A stretch of 64,000 nucleotides of DNA from the human T2T-CHM13v2.0 reference genome, Homo sapiens, in NCBI RefSeq assembly GCF_009914755.1, contig NC_060939.1. The stretch is one strand, 5' to 3'. Shown here piece by piece: positions 1 through 13,769 of the stretch (position 1 is its first letter; every line of letters begins with the position of its first letter). The translations under genes and the position numbers were made by a program. Below the pieces are notes generated by a model. That model was not told where the DNA came from and searched no databases. It was given only the letters and a program-made list of their open reading frames with translations.

Positions 1-899
1 TTACGGAAATACACACAATGAGGAAATTGTTGCCTTCATAGTCCTATATGGAATGCCTATTACTCTGCTGCATTGGGTTTCCACACTGAATGTCTTCGGT
101 AGAAAAGGAAATCTCCCTTTCCAAACCCCCAGCTGGCATTGGCAAAAAAGAATCAGGTTGCTGCCATAGACTCAAATTGACTCACCAAATTCCCCCTTAA
201 AAAGCACAACCCCCTGCATAGGCAGGCCTGTAATGTAATGCAAAACATCCAATTCTATAATGTTTATGCTTCCATTTCAGGCATCCAGACAGCCAGGGGG
301 AATTAACCTGCTCACCACTGTGCTTTCATCTGGCTCAGTGCCGTTGCCACCACTGCTGCTGTTTTGTTTTCCATCAGCCTCTATATTCACCTGTGTTCTC
401 TTCTCCTTTAGCCTGGGTGTGGCTCCCATGGAGACCCAAGCTGAAAAGCACCTTCCATTCTTGCCCTTTCTTGATCTTCCAAGACACAGACTCACGGGAC
501 TTCCATCTGAGCTGCAGCCTCTCTCTCAGATTGAAGTTGCTGTTTCAGAAGAAATCAGCAGTATCCACCTCTTTACCTAAGCAAGCAGCACAGTCCTTGA
601 GTTTTTCTTCTAGAAAAGGATGGTGATGTGTGAAATGCCCCCACTCTCTTGACCTGTCCACACAACCAAAAGCCAGGCATGTCCAAGCAAGCAGAGTAGA
701 CACAAAGACATATTTGTTGAGCTGTGAAACCAAATCCTGCATTAGAGTTTTTAATACCTAACCCCTTTCCCCACTTCCCCTGCACATGCACATGCATGCA
801 CACACAAATACACACAGACACACAACACACACAGCCCTCTCGATGGCCTCTGCCTGCACATGGGTCCAAGCTGTCCAGGACCCTCTCCAGTGCATTGCA

Positions 900-1330
900 A
901 AAGCCTCCTACCATGTCTGTCACTATTTGGCCCTCTCTCCGATCCAGCCCTGCACATTTCCAGAGCTTGGTTATGCCACTGCCTTGCTCAGAATCCTTCA
1001 GCAGCCTCCACTAGTCCTAGAATAAAAGCTATCCCCTTCGCCTGGCATTCACCACCTTTCCTAACCTGGCCCCAGCAAATTTCTCCAGCTGTATCTTTCA
1101 CTGCACCCACTCACCCTCTGCCCAACTGGTCTACTCTGGTCTCCTGTGCACACACCCACGCTTCTCCTCCCTGTGAGCTTGCTCATTCTACATCCTCTGC
1201 CTAGACTGCTCTCCCCTCCATCTCTACCTGTCAAATCCCACCTCTCCTTCAAAGCCCAGCTCAGGTGTCACCTCCTCCACAAAACTGCCCACACTTAGCA
1301 CGGTGCCTGGCAAAAGCAGGACATGTTCAC
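900..1330 (+). mobile_element. L2 LINE 3' fragment
   Basis: L2-like blocks (cttcaaagcccagctcaggtgtcacctcctcc; tagcacggtgcctggca). A second L2 tail (gttgaatcagtgattgaatcaatgaatgaatga) lies at ~1600-1655. Confidence 0.7.
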
Positions 1331-2149
1331 ATGCAGTTTTGCAATGCAACTGATTCAGCTCAGCCATATCAGCATTTAAAATCCCTGTGTCCTACCTCAC
1401 CCAACTCCCATCCCACCCCTGGTTCTCACCCTAGGGGTGAGAGTTGACCAGGGGATGCAGTTTGGGGATGGAGTGAAGATGTCTGGCTTGTACGTTTCTA
1501 ATTTTAAAATAGCTGAGAGTATATGGTTTGGTTTTTAAGTGCATCCAAATGTCTCACTGTGGAAAAGACTGCACCAGAATCTCCTGTTCTCTACCTGTCC
1601 CGCAGTAGGTGCTCCACATGCTTGTTGAATCAGTGATTGAATCAATGAATGAATGACTCTCCCACAGCTCCTTGCAGCTTCTTCCCTCCTTAGTTCACTC
1701 TGCGATAACCAGCCTGACTCCCTGCAACACCTCCCACTACGCTTCTCCCCACTGCTAGACCCACCAAGCCCCTTCTGTTCTCTCAGCCCCTCCCCACCTT
1801 GGAGCTACAGCAAAGGGAAGGGAAATATCAGGAGCCCATGGCAGCCCTCCTATGCGCAGTGACTCAGTGACAGACATCTTGCCAAATAGCCTACTCTGTT
1901 CCTTGCCTCTCTGGGTGGCTTTTGCCTTGCTCCTGAGACCATGGCCTATCCTTCCTCCAGGTCTCAGAAGGAACTATACTTCCAGTTCTCCACTTTCTCC
2001 ATGGTATAGCTTCCTTCTACTCAGAGGCTAATTCCCTCTCTGAACCTCAGCCACAGGACAACTCTGCCACTAGCAGCCCAGCCTCTCTGATGCCATCTGC
2101 CTATGCTATCACCCAGTGCCCACCCCAGACTGCTTATCACCAGATATTG

Positions 2150-2350
2150 CCACTCTCTTCTGCCAGATTTGTGGTGGCAGAGATTGGCTAGATTCTCACC
2201 AAACCCATCCCCCCTCTTCCTGGCACATACCTGGACTTCACTCTGTGGAATACAGTGCAGCCATATGACATTGTTCTGATGTGAGTACAATGGAATGCAA
2301 GAAAGTGAAGAACCTGTGTACTTCACCTCTAGGCCCAGCCCATAGACTTG
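2150..2350 (+). mobile_element. Old MaLR LTR fragment (MLT1J/L-like)
   Basis: Starts tgtggtggcagag and contains MLT1-like gccatatgac...aatggaatg motifs; degenerate. Confidence 0.4.
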
Positions 2351-2469
2351 TTCAGTCTTCCTCTCTCCTCCCTTTCTCCTTCCTCCCCCCAGCCTCTCTC
2401 TCTCTTTCTCTCATGTCCCCCTTTTCTCTATCGATCTCTATATCTATCTCAATGGATGATTGCAAATGA

Positions 2470-2968
2470 GACTGCACTAATACGGTAGCCACTAGCCACA
2501 TGCAGTTATTTCAATTTAAACTACTTTAAATGAAAGAAAATTAAAAATTGGTCAAGCATGGTGGCTCATGCCTGTAATCCCAGCACTTTGGGAGGCTGAG
2601 GCGGGCAGGGGGGATCACCTAAGGTTGGGAGTTCGAGACCAGCCTGACCAACATGAAGAAACCCCACCCCTATTAAAAATACAAAATTAGCTGGGCGTGG
2701 TGGCGCATGCCTATAATCCCAGCTACTCAGGAGGCTGAGGCAGGAGAATCACTTGAACATGGAGGTGGAGGTTGCAGTGAGCCAATATCGTGCCATTGCA
2801 CTCCAGCCTGGGCAACAAGAGCGAAACTCCATCTCAAAAAAGAAATAGGAAAGAAAATTAAAAATTCAGCTCCTCAGTTGCACCAACCACATTTCAAATG
2901 CTTGCTCACCACAGCACAGGTAGAGAACAAGTTCACAATTGCAGAAAGTGCTATGGGATGTGCTGTTC
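2470..2968 (-). mobile_element. MER3 hAT-Charlie MITE, split by an Alu
   Basis: taatacggtagccactagccacatg ... aattaaaaattcagctcctcagttgcac ... gcagaaagtgctatggga matches the MER3 reverse complement. Confidence 0.8.
2550..2848 (+). mobile_element. AluSp-like SINE
   Basis: Full dimer with diagnostic gggagttcgagaccagcctgaccaac and gggcaacaagagcgaaactcc. 18-bp TSD gaaagaaaattaaaaatt at 2532-2549 and 2849-2866. Confidence 0.95.
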
Positions 2969-3479
2969 TGTGGAGCCCACACTAAGGGAAGTCTGGCCCT
3001 CAAATAATGCCATGGGGCAGAGTCATCCCCTCCCCTACTAACCTTTGAATAAACATAATGTGAGTGAATGGGAAATGACCTTTGATTGGGTGCAATTGCT
3101 GAGGTTTTGAGATTGTTTGTGACAGCAGTCAGTACACCCCAACACCAGCCACTCAGCTGCCTTAAACACTCCAGACACAGTACCCTGGCTTGTCATCTTT
3201 GCCTCCTTCACTGGGCCCCAGAGAGAAGCACAAGGGGTCAGGATTTCAGCCACTGCCTTTCTGACCCTTCCTTCTTCCTACGAAGCTCTGCAGCTCTTTG
3301 TATTCCTCTCCCAACCTCTGTATTTCCCAAACTCTTTTCAGCTTGATTGCCAAATCTATTACAACCTCTATTATCATTTACTTAATATCTTTTCAAAAAC
3401 AAGCTCTCTTTTTAATTTGAATAAATATATTGACTAGAGACACTTTATGCAACTCTTTAAATGGAGGCAGACAAGTCCC

Positions 3480-3820
3480 AAGATCTTTAATCAGCCAGCT
3501 GGAGACCCAGGAGAATTGATGCTATAGTTTCAGTCTAAAGGGGAGGAAAAAAAACCCACTATGTCCCAGCTCAAGGCAGTCCCAAAGGAAATAATTCCCT
3601 CTTATTCTTGGGAGAGTCAACCTTTTTATTCTCTTAAGGTCTTCAACTGATTGGATGGGGCCCACACAACCTAGGCAGGGCCATCTGCTTTACTTAGTCT
3701 TCCGATGTAAATGTTAATCTCATCCAGAAACACTCTCACAGATACACCCAGAATAATGTGTGACCAAATATCTGGGCACTCTATAGCACAGTCAAGACAA
3801 TGCATTAAATTGACCATATA
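3480..3820 (-). mobile_element. MLT2 (ERVL) LTR
   Basis: aatgttaatctcatccagaaacactctcacagatacacccagaataatgtgtgaccaaatatctgggcac is the reverse complement of the MLT2 5' end. Confidence 0.8.
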
Positions 3821-4552
3821 TTTACCACAATTAGAAGATACAATACAATGAAAACCTAACACTATGATTAAGTCCAGCTAGAATCTGTCGCCTATCAAAG
3901 GCTCTGGGTCTGAGGTCTGCTATTTTTTTGTCTATTTAAAAGGGAGATGAACAAGTACTGGGGAGGTGTTAAAGATGAACTAATACCATGATGAGACTTT
4001 CACCTTAAAACGATCAGCAGGATTGTTAAAGAATCTAAAAAAGAACACCTTTCCCACAGCGTGATCAGCCGTCCAATGTATATCCATATCTCATATCAGA
4101 TGAGCCCCATTGCCCTCCGGAGGGATCCATGCCCACTTAGGGGCCACTATCCTAGACTATGGTCCCCTGAAGGCCAAGATCACATTTAAATGGCAGTTGT
4201 ATATCTCTTGGTGCCTCACACGTAGGAGCCACTTAATAAACAGTAAATGAGTGAAGATATGGCCAGGAACAGTCTCTGACCTAGTTGGCAGTTTCTGTCA
4301 GAAGCAGAACATCATGACAAAGGAAATGGGACTAAAATGTTAAACCACACTAAAGGTTCCATCTACCAAATCGCTCCTGTGGCACACTGGGGCAGGGCTA
4401 CGTCTAAAGGAATTAAGACATTCAATAGATCCAGGGCCAGATTAAGACATTCTGAGGCCCTAACACCAGAATGTATTTTTACAGACAGAACATTGAACAT
4501 TCATATCTAAATACAAATTAAAGCGGCATATATACAAAATATAGTGTATTAA

Positions 4553-4650
4553 GAGAGAAGAAAGGGAGGGAGGGAGAGAGAGGAGAAGGAGAGAAGGCAA
4601 AGAAATGGAAAATGAAAGAGGAAGAAGTGAGGAGAAAGGGAAAAGGAAAA
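4553..4650. repeat. Purine-rich (GA) low-complexity tract
   Basis: About 100 nt, almost all A/G. Confidence 0.8.
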
Positions 4651-5269
4651 TGCCCTATCTGATATTTGACCATAGCGTCTCCCCTGTGTGAAACTCTTCA
4701 GTAATTTTTTTCCCTTTATAATAGGGACAAGGCCACTCTCCTTTTTAGGTACACAAGGTTTTGGATCACTTATATCTAAATCTAGCCCCCCTAAGACCAC
4801 CCAGTGTCTGCAGGTCCCCACAGGAAGAGTCATGCACACTTATGGACTACCCAGGGGCATCTTCAGCTGATGGGGCCTTAATGTCACCCAGGACTCCCTG
4901 TTCTGGGGGAATTCTCAAAGGTAGATGCAGGGCTCCAGGAGCTGTTTTCAAATTTTCTAAAAAACATAATAGGTATTAAAACCTAATAGGTATTATATAT
5001 TTTCCTTCAACAAAGCCTAGTAGTAAAGCTCACAGCAGGGTCCTGTACTTATCTCTAATGTATCACGTCATTTTCTTGCTTGTCTCCCGCAAAGGGGTGT
5101 GAGCTCCTTGCAGTTGGAAACCATGCATTTGACTGATTTCACTTTTTAAAAAAATATCCTCAATGCCTGGCACATAATGATCCTTAAATGATGTCTGATG
5201 AATAAGTGGCCACTGGATGAATGAAACAAATAAATGTGATACTACACTGTTTCCATTGCATACGTCGCT

Positions 5270-5509
5270 GTATATATATATATACGTATATATATACATA
5301 TATATGTATATATATATACGTATATATATGTGTGTATATATGTGTATATATATACACGTATATATGTGTGTATATATGTGTATATATATACACGTATATA
5401 TGTGTGTATATATGTGTATATATACAAGTATATATGTGTATATATACACGTATATATGTGTGTATATATGTGTATATATATACACGTATATATGTGTGTA
5501 TATATATAT
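5270..5509. repeat. Compound (TA/TG/CA) microsatellite with a 36-bp higher-order unit
   Basis: Unit cacgtatatatgtgtgtatatatgtgtatatatata; cacg starts at 5355 and 5391. Confidence 0.95.
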
Positions 5510-5752
5510 CTTAGATTAATCAAAATGTGAAGGCAAATTCATTGGTAGTAAACATAAATTATTTTGAAGGAAATATCACTCCAAACAAATGAAAAAAATA
5601 ACGAAAATGGTGCTAGGGAAGAAAGAGGCTGGGATCCTTAGATAATGCACAGATATGTGTGTCCCCACACGTGGCCTAAGAAGCTCTAATCTCCCCCAGA
5701 GGAAGCTGGACCCTGGGGACACAGCCTGCTTCTAAGCCACCAGCTCCTAAGG

Positions 5753-5940
5753 CAGTATTTCTCAAAGTGAGGTTTGGAAGCCACCAGCATAAGAACTGTT
5801 GGGAGATCTGTCAAAACACTGATTCCTAAAACATGCCCCAGACCCAGAAAGTTGGAATATCTGACACCAGGATTTGAAACCCTACATTTGTAAGTTCTTT
5901 GGGTTACTCTTAAGCATCTTCAAGTTTGAGATATTGCCCC
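5753..5940. mobile_element. MER5A-like hAT MITE
   Basis: cagtatttctcaaagtg ... ccccagaccc ... aagtttgagatattg. Confidence 0.6.
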
Positions 5941-6626
5941 GAGAGTTCCTGGGCAAATCCCATTCAGGCCACCTGCCACCCAGGGCTGGGGGTAGGCTCA
6001 GAGCAGCTGTGTCATCCCCACATCCCAGCTGTGAGTGCTCATCCCTCACCTGGGACCCATAAATGTTGTGTTGGAGAGGAGATGTAGTGAGAACCAGGCA
6101 TAAATCATGCTCCTCTGCCCCTCTTTCCACCCTCTGCCTTCCCTTAAGGAAGGCCCTGACCCCAGGGACTGCTCACCGGGTATTTCAATAAGCTCCAACT
6201 GGCCCTTTATCAGATGGTCCAGTCAATTAGAACTTCATCAGGAATCAATTTGTGAGGCCCAGCTGAGATGTAACTATAGATCAGGGCAGTGGCAACTGAT
6301 TATCCCACTAATGGAATATTCCATTGATTAATTGAGTATTTAAATCTTTCCGAGGGTGGCTGTGCTTGCTGCCATTGTCGCTGGATGAAAGGGATAGGAG
6401 AGTGTCGTGCAGTCAAAGAGGAAGCTGATGGTTCTTCCTTCATTTAGCAGCTCTCAGCAAAATAACGGGTCAGCCTCACGTTCTCAGAAAGCAAGAACAC
6501 TGCAAGGTCTTTGGCACAACGTAGAAACCTCCCACCAGCTGATTGAACCAATCAGGGGATGGTGGGTTTTAATTCGCTATTTTTCTGCAAAGCTGTGTGC
6601 TGAGGACCTCAAAGAAACATCCATTC

Positions 6627-6785
6627 CAGTGCTTCTTATAAGTTAGAATCCCCTGGAGATTTGCTAAAACACAGATCCCTGAGCCTGCCCCCCAAGTCTG
6701 ATTCAGCAAATTTGGGGCGGGGCCTGAGAATCTGCATTCCTAGCAGGCTCCCTGGTGAAGCTGGGGCCACATTTTGAGTAGCACT
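6627..6785. mobile_element. MER5A/B-like hAT MITE
   Basis: agaatcccctggagatttgctaaaacacagat ... ggggcctgagaatctgcattcctagcaggctccc. Confidence 0.75.
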
Positions 6786-6989
6786 TACCTACATTTTATA
6801 AACATATATTTTAGCAAACAGAAAGGACAGACATTATCTGATACCTACTTGGGTCGTGCTGGAGTCTGAAATTTTAAAATGCACATTATCCATGACAATG
6901 CAGTATTGACGACAATTATAAGATAGTCATAACGTGCTACATTCACACAAAGGCAGATGTATACCGTACATCTTGCTGGGGCCCTTGAT

Positions 6990-7200
6990 CAAGAGTGAGG
7001 TTTGGTTTGGGATTTCTATCCTGAGTCCAGTTCTTCCTAGCTATGTGACCCTGCATAAGCAACTTAGCTTCTCCCTACCTGGGTTTCCTCAGTCTGAGGA
7101 TGCTCATTCCTGCCACGTGGTAAGAACGCACATAAAGCGCTTAACGCGATGCTTGGCACATAGTAAAAACTCAATAAACGGAAGCTGTTACTATTATTAC
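6990..7200 (+). mobile_element. MIR SINE
   Basis: MIR core ctagctatgtgaccctg...gtttcctcagtctg and tail cttggcacatagtaaaaactcaataaac...tattattac. Confidence 0.75.
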
Positions 7201-7590
7201 CCTGATACCCAATGCCTAAAAAGGTCTCAGAAGTCAGGTTCCCTTTGGGGAAGAGAGGGATGTGATTGCTTTCTGCCGAGAAGCAGATGCATCTGCTTAA
7301 GGGATGTGGAGAGCAGCAGGAAAGACCGTTGCTCCCAGCATCTTCACTGTGCTGGGTCTTTCCCACAGCGTGGCTGTGAAGTTTATGATGTACAGACTGC
7401 CAGGGGCCGGAACCAAATTTCCCAGAACAGCTGGCAGATGGTGAGGGAAAAGGAAAGAAGAAAGGGAACTGGCATTCATTGAGGCCCTACTGTATGCCAT
7501 GCTCTTTTTAAATAAGGGATCTCACTTAATCTTTACTGAAACCTGAAGGGGTCAATATAATTATCCCTATTTTTCAGATTTGGAAACTGA

Positions 7591-7988
<398 letters not shown>

Positions 7989-9599
7989 AGATTTGTGTAC
8001 TTTCCACCACACCACACCATGGGTGTCGTTGCAGGTGGAGGGGTGACTTTGTGGGTGATGCTATGCCATCACACATGACTGAGTGAAGGTGTATATATAC
8101 ACATCATACAGGCAGATGCAAGCCATCTGTATTCAAAACACAACGGAGTAAGTTATTCTAGTCACTCAGAATTCAACCTGTTCCCCTGAGGACTTTCTTA
8201 CCACTAGGGGCCACCTTCTGGAGTACGCTCCTTCCCTGACAAATACAGATTGCTTCACTAGTCCTTAAATTTTCATTTGAGTGACCTACAAAACACAAAG
8301 AATGACAGTGGTTCTTGAATTATTTTAGCCTGTAAACTACTTCAATGGGGGGGAAGATCTCATAAGCTACCTATCATACAGCTCCTCAGAAATAATGGTG
8401 TCACTGACACTGCTATTGATGAATCACCCTTGAGTGATGTCTAGTTTTCAAAAAATACAAGAGTTAAATTATTTATCCATGCCACACCAAATTGGGCCCA
8501 CCGTCGTCTGATAAAAATTAGTCCTAAAAAAGATGTACCCATCAAAACCTGAGGGCCTCTCACACCTATGGCTGAGAATCCCAATGCTCTGATATCATCT
8601 TTTCCCCAATGACTTGAGTACAAGTCTTGGAAGGTAATAAAAAGTCAGAGGGTAAGAAGGATGAATTGGTCTGTCCTCAGCCCCAATTTTCATGAACACG
8701 TTTGCCCATGTCATTATGGCCGTGTGGGGGCACCCATGAAATGAACCAGTGAATTATTTTTAGTGTCATATAGGATGCATCAAACTCAGCATCCAGAGTG
8801 TTGATTCTAAGCAGGCTCTTCCAGTAACCAGCTGGTGACCTTAGCAAATCGTCTGTCACTATCTGGGTCACAGTGTCTTCAGTCCTAATGTCCTGTGATT
8901 TTAAAAGATATTCCCCATCTGACAGATGGGATTTTAGGGGCCCTGCCTTGCAGTAAGGAGCAGCACCTGCCCTAGACAAGGATGTTTCCTCAAAGGGTAA
9001 TTTGAGCCTAAGCAGTAAGTATGGCATAGGCCACTTTTTCATAGCCAAGGGGAGGGAAGACAGGAACAGCATGAAAAATTCAAAAAGCAAAGATCAAAAT
9101 TTAGCCAAGGGTGTCAGGCCACACCTCAGCTAAGCCTTTTGCAGACTTCGCCCCATGTCCTGTGTGGGTTGTGAACCCTGCCAACTGCAAGCTCATCCTG
9201 GCCAGTCCCTGAGCCAACAAGAGCCAGCCAGCCATAGAGCTTGTTCAGACCTCCCCCTACTCATATGAGACAGGCTTTTAGAGGTGGTCTAAGACTGGAA
9301 TACCATGTTCTAGGTGGGCACGGGGCTAGAATAACTCCCTGAATGCTTTTAAGAGGGTAATGCTGTAACCTCTTTGCCTAGCACACTTGGGGTGACCTTG
9401 TGTCCTGGCACCTGATTCCTTGAACCTACTCCAGTTCTCATCAAGAACTGAGCTCTAGCCTGACCTTCAAGGCTATTTCCTACCAGTCCCTGACTCACCA
9501 CAAGAAGGTGGTAGACGAGCTGGACATAATAGCCAGGACTCCTTTTCCACCACTACAGAGTTCCACACACTGATGGTGGTAGTCGGGTTCTGAAGCCCA

Positions 9600-10010
9600 G
9601 TGATGAGGCTTTTGGCCGCATGTAACAAAATGTCCCATAAAAATTAATCAAGAAGGGCATTTAATTACCAAACCTAACAAGAAGTCACAGAACCAGCAGC
9701 ATTCAAAGGTCTATCCAGTGGTTCAACAATGTCATCAAGGAACCAGGTTCTTTCTTTCCTTCTGCTGTCAGCATCAATTTTCTTAAGGTGTGTATCCTCA
9801 TGGTGTCAAGATGACTGCTGCGGCTCCAGGTATCATATCCTCACACCCCATATTCTTAAGAATTAAAAATGGCATTTTATCCTCACATGTCTCTTTTTAC
9901 CAGGGAGGAAAATCTTTCTTGGAGATCTCCCTGCACATTGCCCCATTGGTAAAGATTAGATCCCATTGTCCATGCTCTGGATGCAAAGGAGCCTAGTGAG
10001 GTGAGTAAGT
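9600..10010 (-). mobile_element. Old MLT1 MaLR LTR
   Basis: MLT1-like caagatgactgctgcggctccagg...cccattgg...tgcaaaggagcc. Confidence 0.55.
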
Positions 10011-11171
10011 GACTTTCTAACACTTAGAGTAGAAGGCCAACCCTAACAACAAGACGGGATTTGGGATACAGAGAGATCTATTATGTAGGCAACCAGCAGT
10101 GTCTACCCTACCTGGTAAGATGGGTGTTTGCCTGGATAAGGTCGAGCCATAGATATCTCTTAGACATGTGAAATTGCTTCTTGAATGAGTTTGGAGTTCT
10201 AGGATGGTATAAGTATTAGAGAGCCAGTTTTGATGCAGGATATGAAGGACCATTCCAGACATAAAGCATATGACAGGCAGGAGTGACAGACCCACAAAGC
10301 AATGCCTATTGCAGCTAGGGCTTGAACAGTGATGGGAATCAGGGCTGCCATGCTGCCCAACTCCAGGTGATGCTATGCACATAGGACACAATTGATACTG
10401 CACTGAGAAGGTACACATGGACCTCTGTGCTCATTGGTGAAGACAGTGTAAGAAGAAGGGCTTGATCTCTAGGACAATAAAAAGCCACCGTGGAACCTTT
10501 GACACTGCCCCAGGTCTCTGAGATCTCCCTGCAGATCCTCACACCTTAAGCATCTGCTCCCTAACCCCAAGTCTGCCGCCATGCTCAGCTCATTTACTTC
10601 AGGCAGGGAATGAAAATAATCCCAAATCTGGTGGATCAAACCTCATGAATAATCTCTGGTGAGCAAGAAGAAACAGTTACTTTTTGCATCCCTCCTCCCT
10701 CGCTCCACCTTCCTACTTTTAGTCCCATTAGGACATAGGTGGCAAATAAGTGAGTCCTAGAGAACAGCAGAAAAGAGATCAATGCGGATCACTGGGATTA
10801 AAGTGAGGGTATGGCCTCTCCAGTAAGATGTCTTTGCCAGCACTAAGGCCCAGGCTGGAAAATAACCATCCCTACTTGTGTCAAGATCTGTAGGAGTGCC
10901 AAAATGAGCTAAGGGCTCGCTCAGGGAAAAGCTCCCTGGCCTCTTGGAGGGCCTGCTCTGTTTCTTACACCAGGTGGCTGTTAGATTATGCATAGTAATG
11001 TAACTAGCAAAAATGAGCACGCCCTAGTACAGTCTAATGTGGCCCATGCTCTTCATGGTTTTCCCCTGCAAGTGATAAAAAGAGCTTCCCTGCTTTCTCC
11101 TATAAGAAGTGAAGTAGATTTGGAAAAGGAGTATGAGGTTCTGAGTGGTGAGATGGGGCTGAGGGCAAATG

Positions 11172-11225
11172 GTGTGGTGTGCGTGGTGTGTGTGTGTGTG
11201 CGTGTATGATTTGTGTATGTATGTT
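11172..11225. repeat. (TG)n microsatellite
   Basis: Imperfect TG run. Confidence 0.85.
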
Positions 11226-13157
11226 GTGGCTTTAACAGAGCCAAGCATGGACACTATGTGGCCATGCATGGGGTTTCCACTGCTCCAAGTGCTGTCACCA
11301 GAATGCCCAAGGCAGCTGCAGAATCGACTGGGCTGAGATGACAGCCCCTCTTATACCCACTGAGCTTGACTTTGTTCTCTCAAGTTACCAGCCCCTCCAC
11401 TCCTGCAACCCACACTTCCACATGCTACTTTGGGGCTGAGCCTTGGGCTTCTAAACAAGCCATTGGTTACTCTGGTCCAGGGTGTATGCTGTTTCAGGGG
11501 CCCTCTGACCTCCAAGAAATAGGTGTTGTCGCCTGCATTCTGCAGAAGAGGCATCATGTAACCCTCCCAAGGCCACACAGCTAATGAGTGGCTGAAGCTG
11601 AATTTGATGTCTGATATTTTTCTCTTAAAAGCTCTTCCTTAGGGCCAGAGCCCCATTTTCCTTGGGATAAGAATGGAGGTTCTCTGGGCGCCTGAGGGTA
11701 ATAGAAGACAGATGCTTTGCCCACATATGTCTGGTACATTTTTGCAGCGTGAGAAGCTCTCTTCTCCCATAGCAACCACTTGGGGTTTTCAGCTGCTAAC
11801 CCTGTCCTCCAGGACAACAGCAGTCTAGGCTAGGCAGGACCACATTCCCACACCCCACTCCAAACTCTTTGTCTTAATAAACCCTGGATCCCACTTCTTT
11901 CTTCCCAGCTTCTCGTTTATGTTTCCAAAGAACACAATAAGCACAATTGATTTTAAAATAAAAATCTCTGGGTTATGCACAGAGGCATTATTCAGAAAGG
12001 TTAAAAATGATGAAGCAGCATTATTTCCCATTATCTTTACTTTGTAACCTTGCAGTTGAAACACCGCAAGACCAGGGTGGCCTTCCTTAATGGCGTCACG
12101 TGTGGGCAGCTGTTTCAGGTGGGCAATGCATAGGGCAGTGCCTAGTTGTCCTTGGCTCAGGACAAACCACAAAGGACAAAGGCTCATAAGTCAGCAGAGC
12201 TGGAGGAGGCCTTCAGCACTATTGGGTACAACTTCTCCCTTTGCTAGCCGGGAAATGTGAGGGTAGTTCCATCCAAGAGGAAAGGAGACCTCGGGAATTT
12301 GTGAGTCAGTGTGAGCAGAAAGCTACAAGGACCCAGAGAATTGCGCCAGAAGAGAAAAGTCGGCCTTCCCTTTGGGGCAAAGCAAATCTTTTCTGTATCA
12401 AAACGATCCACCCTGAATGAAGCTTGTGTTTTCCCCTCTTTCAAGTCAATGAGGTGGTGGAAAGCCTTGCTGGGAGGACTTAGAAAGTCAACCCTGGGAG
12501 GGTAAAATAGCTGTACAACAGGCAGAAAGAAAGCATCTTTGAGAGGGTGGGCAAAGTGGACCTTTGTGCTGTGTGTGTCTGAAGACAGTCTAAGGGAAGG
12601 GAATGTGATTAGGTTCTAAGCTCCAGGACCAGCAGGTGCCTGAACTAATCCCAATCCCATGCAGCTGTGCAGATGGAAAGCACCTCCAGAGGTACCATTT
12701 GAGGATACTATTAATACTTCCTTGGGCATGGAGTGTGAATGAGGGAACATGTAGTGAAAGGGAGATGATATGCAGGGTTGGCAAGAAGAATACCAAGTTG
12801 CACTGCAGAATTAATTACCTCCCCAACAGAGCCTGTTGCACCCTGCTGTGGGCTCCCATCATACTGTTTATACTTATGATGGTACATGTTGCAGTCCACC
12901 TTATATTATTCTAACTTGGTTTAACACTGCCTTGTCTCTCCACCTACAAGATGAGGGCAGGGTTCACAACTTATCAATGCTCAATGACCCACACACTTGG
13001 TGATCTCAAGGATCTGCTAGGAGTAACTGTGGCTTGCACTAGAAATTGGGAGGTGGTCCTGACTGGCCTAGATTGGGATGGTTAGAAGATTTAACAGATC
13101 TCTAGCAGGGAGATTAAGATGATGCCAGGCAGGGTTAGCAGAAGGCCAATGGGTCTC

Positions 13158-13518
13158 TGTATTAGTCCGTTTTTACACTGCTGATAAAGACATACCTGAG
13201 ACTGAGTAATTTACAAAAGAAAGAGGTTTAATTGGACTCACAGTTCCACGTGGCTGGGGAAGCCTCACAATCGTGGTGGAAGGCAAGGAGGAGCAAGTCA
13301 TGTCTTACATGGATGGCAGCAGGCAGGCAAAGAGAGAGAACTTGTGCAGGGGAGCTCCTCTTTTTAAAACCATCAGATCTCGTGAGACTTATTCACTATC
13401 ACGAGAACAGCACGGGAAAGACTTGTCCCCATGATTTAATTACCTCCCATTGGGTCCCTCCCACAACATGTGGGAATTCAAGATGAGATTTGGGTGGGGA
13501 CACAGCCAAACCATATCA
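13158..13518 (-). mobile_element. THE1 (THE1A/B) MaLR solo LTR
   Basis: Runs tgtattagtcc ... gggacacagccaaaccatatca, with TG..CA ends and a perfect 5-bp TSD gtctc at 13153-13157 and 13519-13523. Confidence 0.93.
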
Positions 13519-13769
13519 GTCTCCCAAGGTAGCATATGCATCAGTGAATTCATTAGAGTCCAGGATCTGGTCCTCAAACTGAGAGGCTCAGAAACTTGAG
13601 GTGTTAACACAGAGAACTGATCTGTCAATTAGGGACAACTCAAATCAACTGAGTTCTTTAGATAGATATATAAACTGGACTCTAACTTATTAATTTACAT
13701 TGAAAAATACTGTAAGCATAACGGTCATGCATACTAGAGTGCCTGGGTCTTGCCGACTAGGGCAATTTC

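Noticed and set aside
260-626. Overlapping ORFs after a possible acceptor (ttccatttcag at 280)
   Set aside because: No recognisable protein and no convincing donor.
5063-5530. Cluster of six ORFs with YIYT/VYIC repeats
   Set aside because: Artefact of the stop-free TA/TG/CA microsatellite.
6934-7482. 182-aa ORF, the longest non-L1 ORF
   Set aside because: Non-ATG start, largely overlaps a MIR, and shows no recognisable domain.
8914-8930. Palindromic double E-box cccatctg-a-cagatggg
   Set aside because: An 8-bp inverted repeat is expected by chance at this window size, and there is no supporting context.
8677-9090. 137-aa minus-strand ORF with GYWKSL/FDAS words reminiscent of retroviral RNase H
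   Set aside because: Motif order and context do not fit, and part of the DNA is a degenerate MIR core (~8800-8900).
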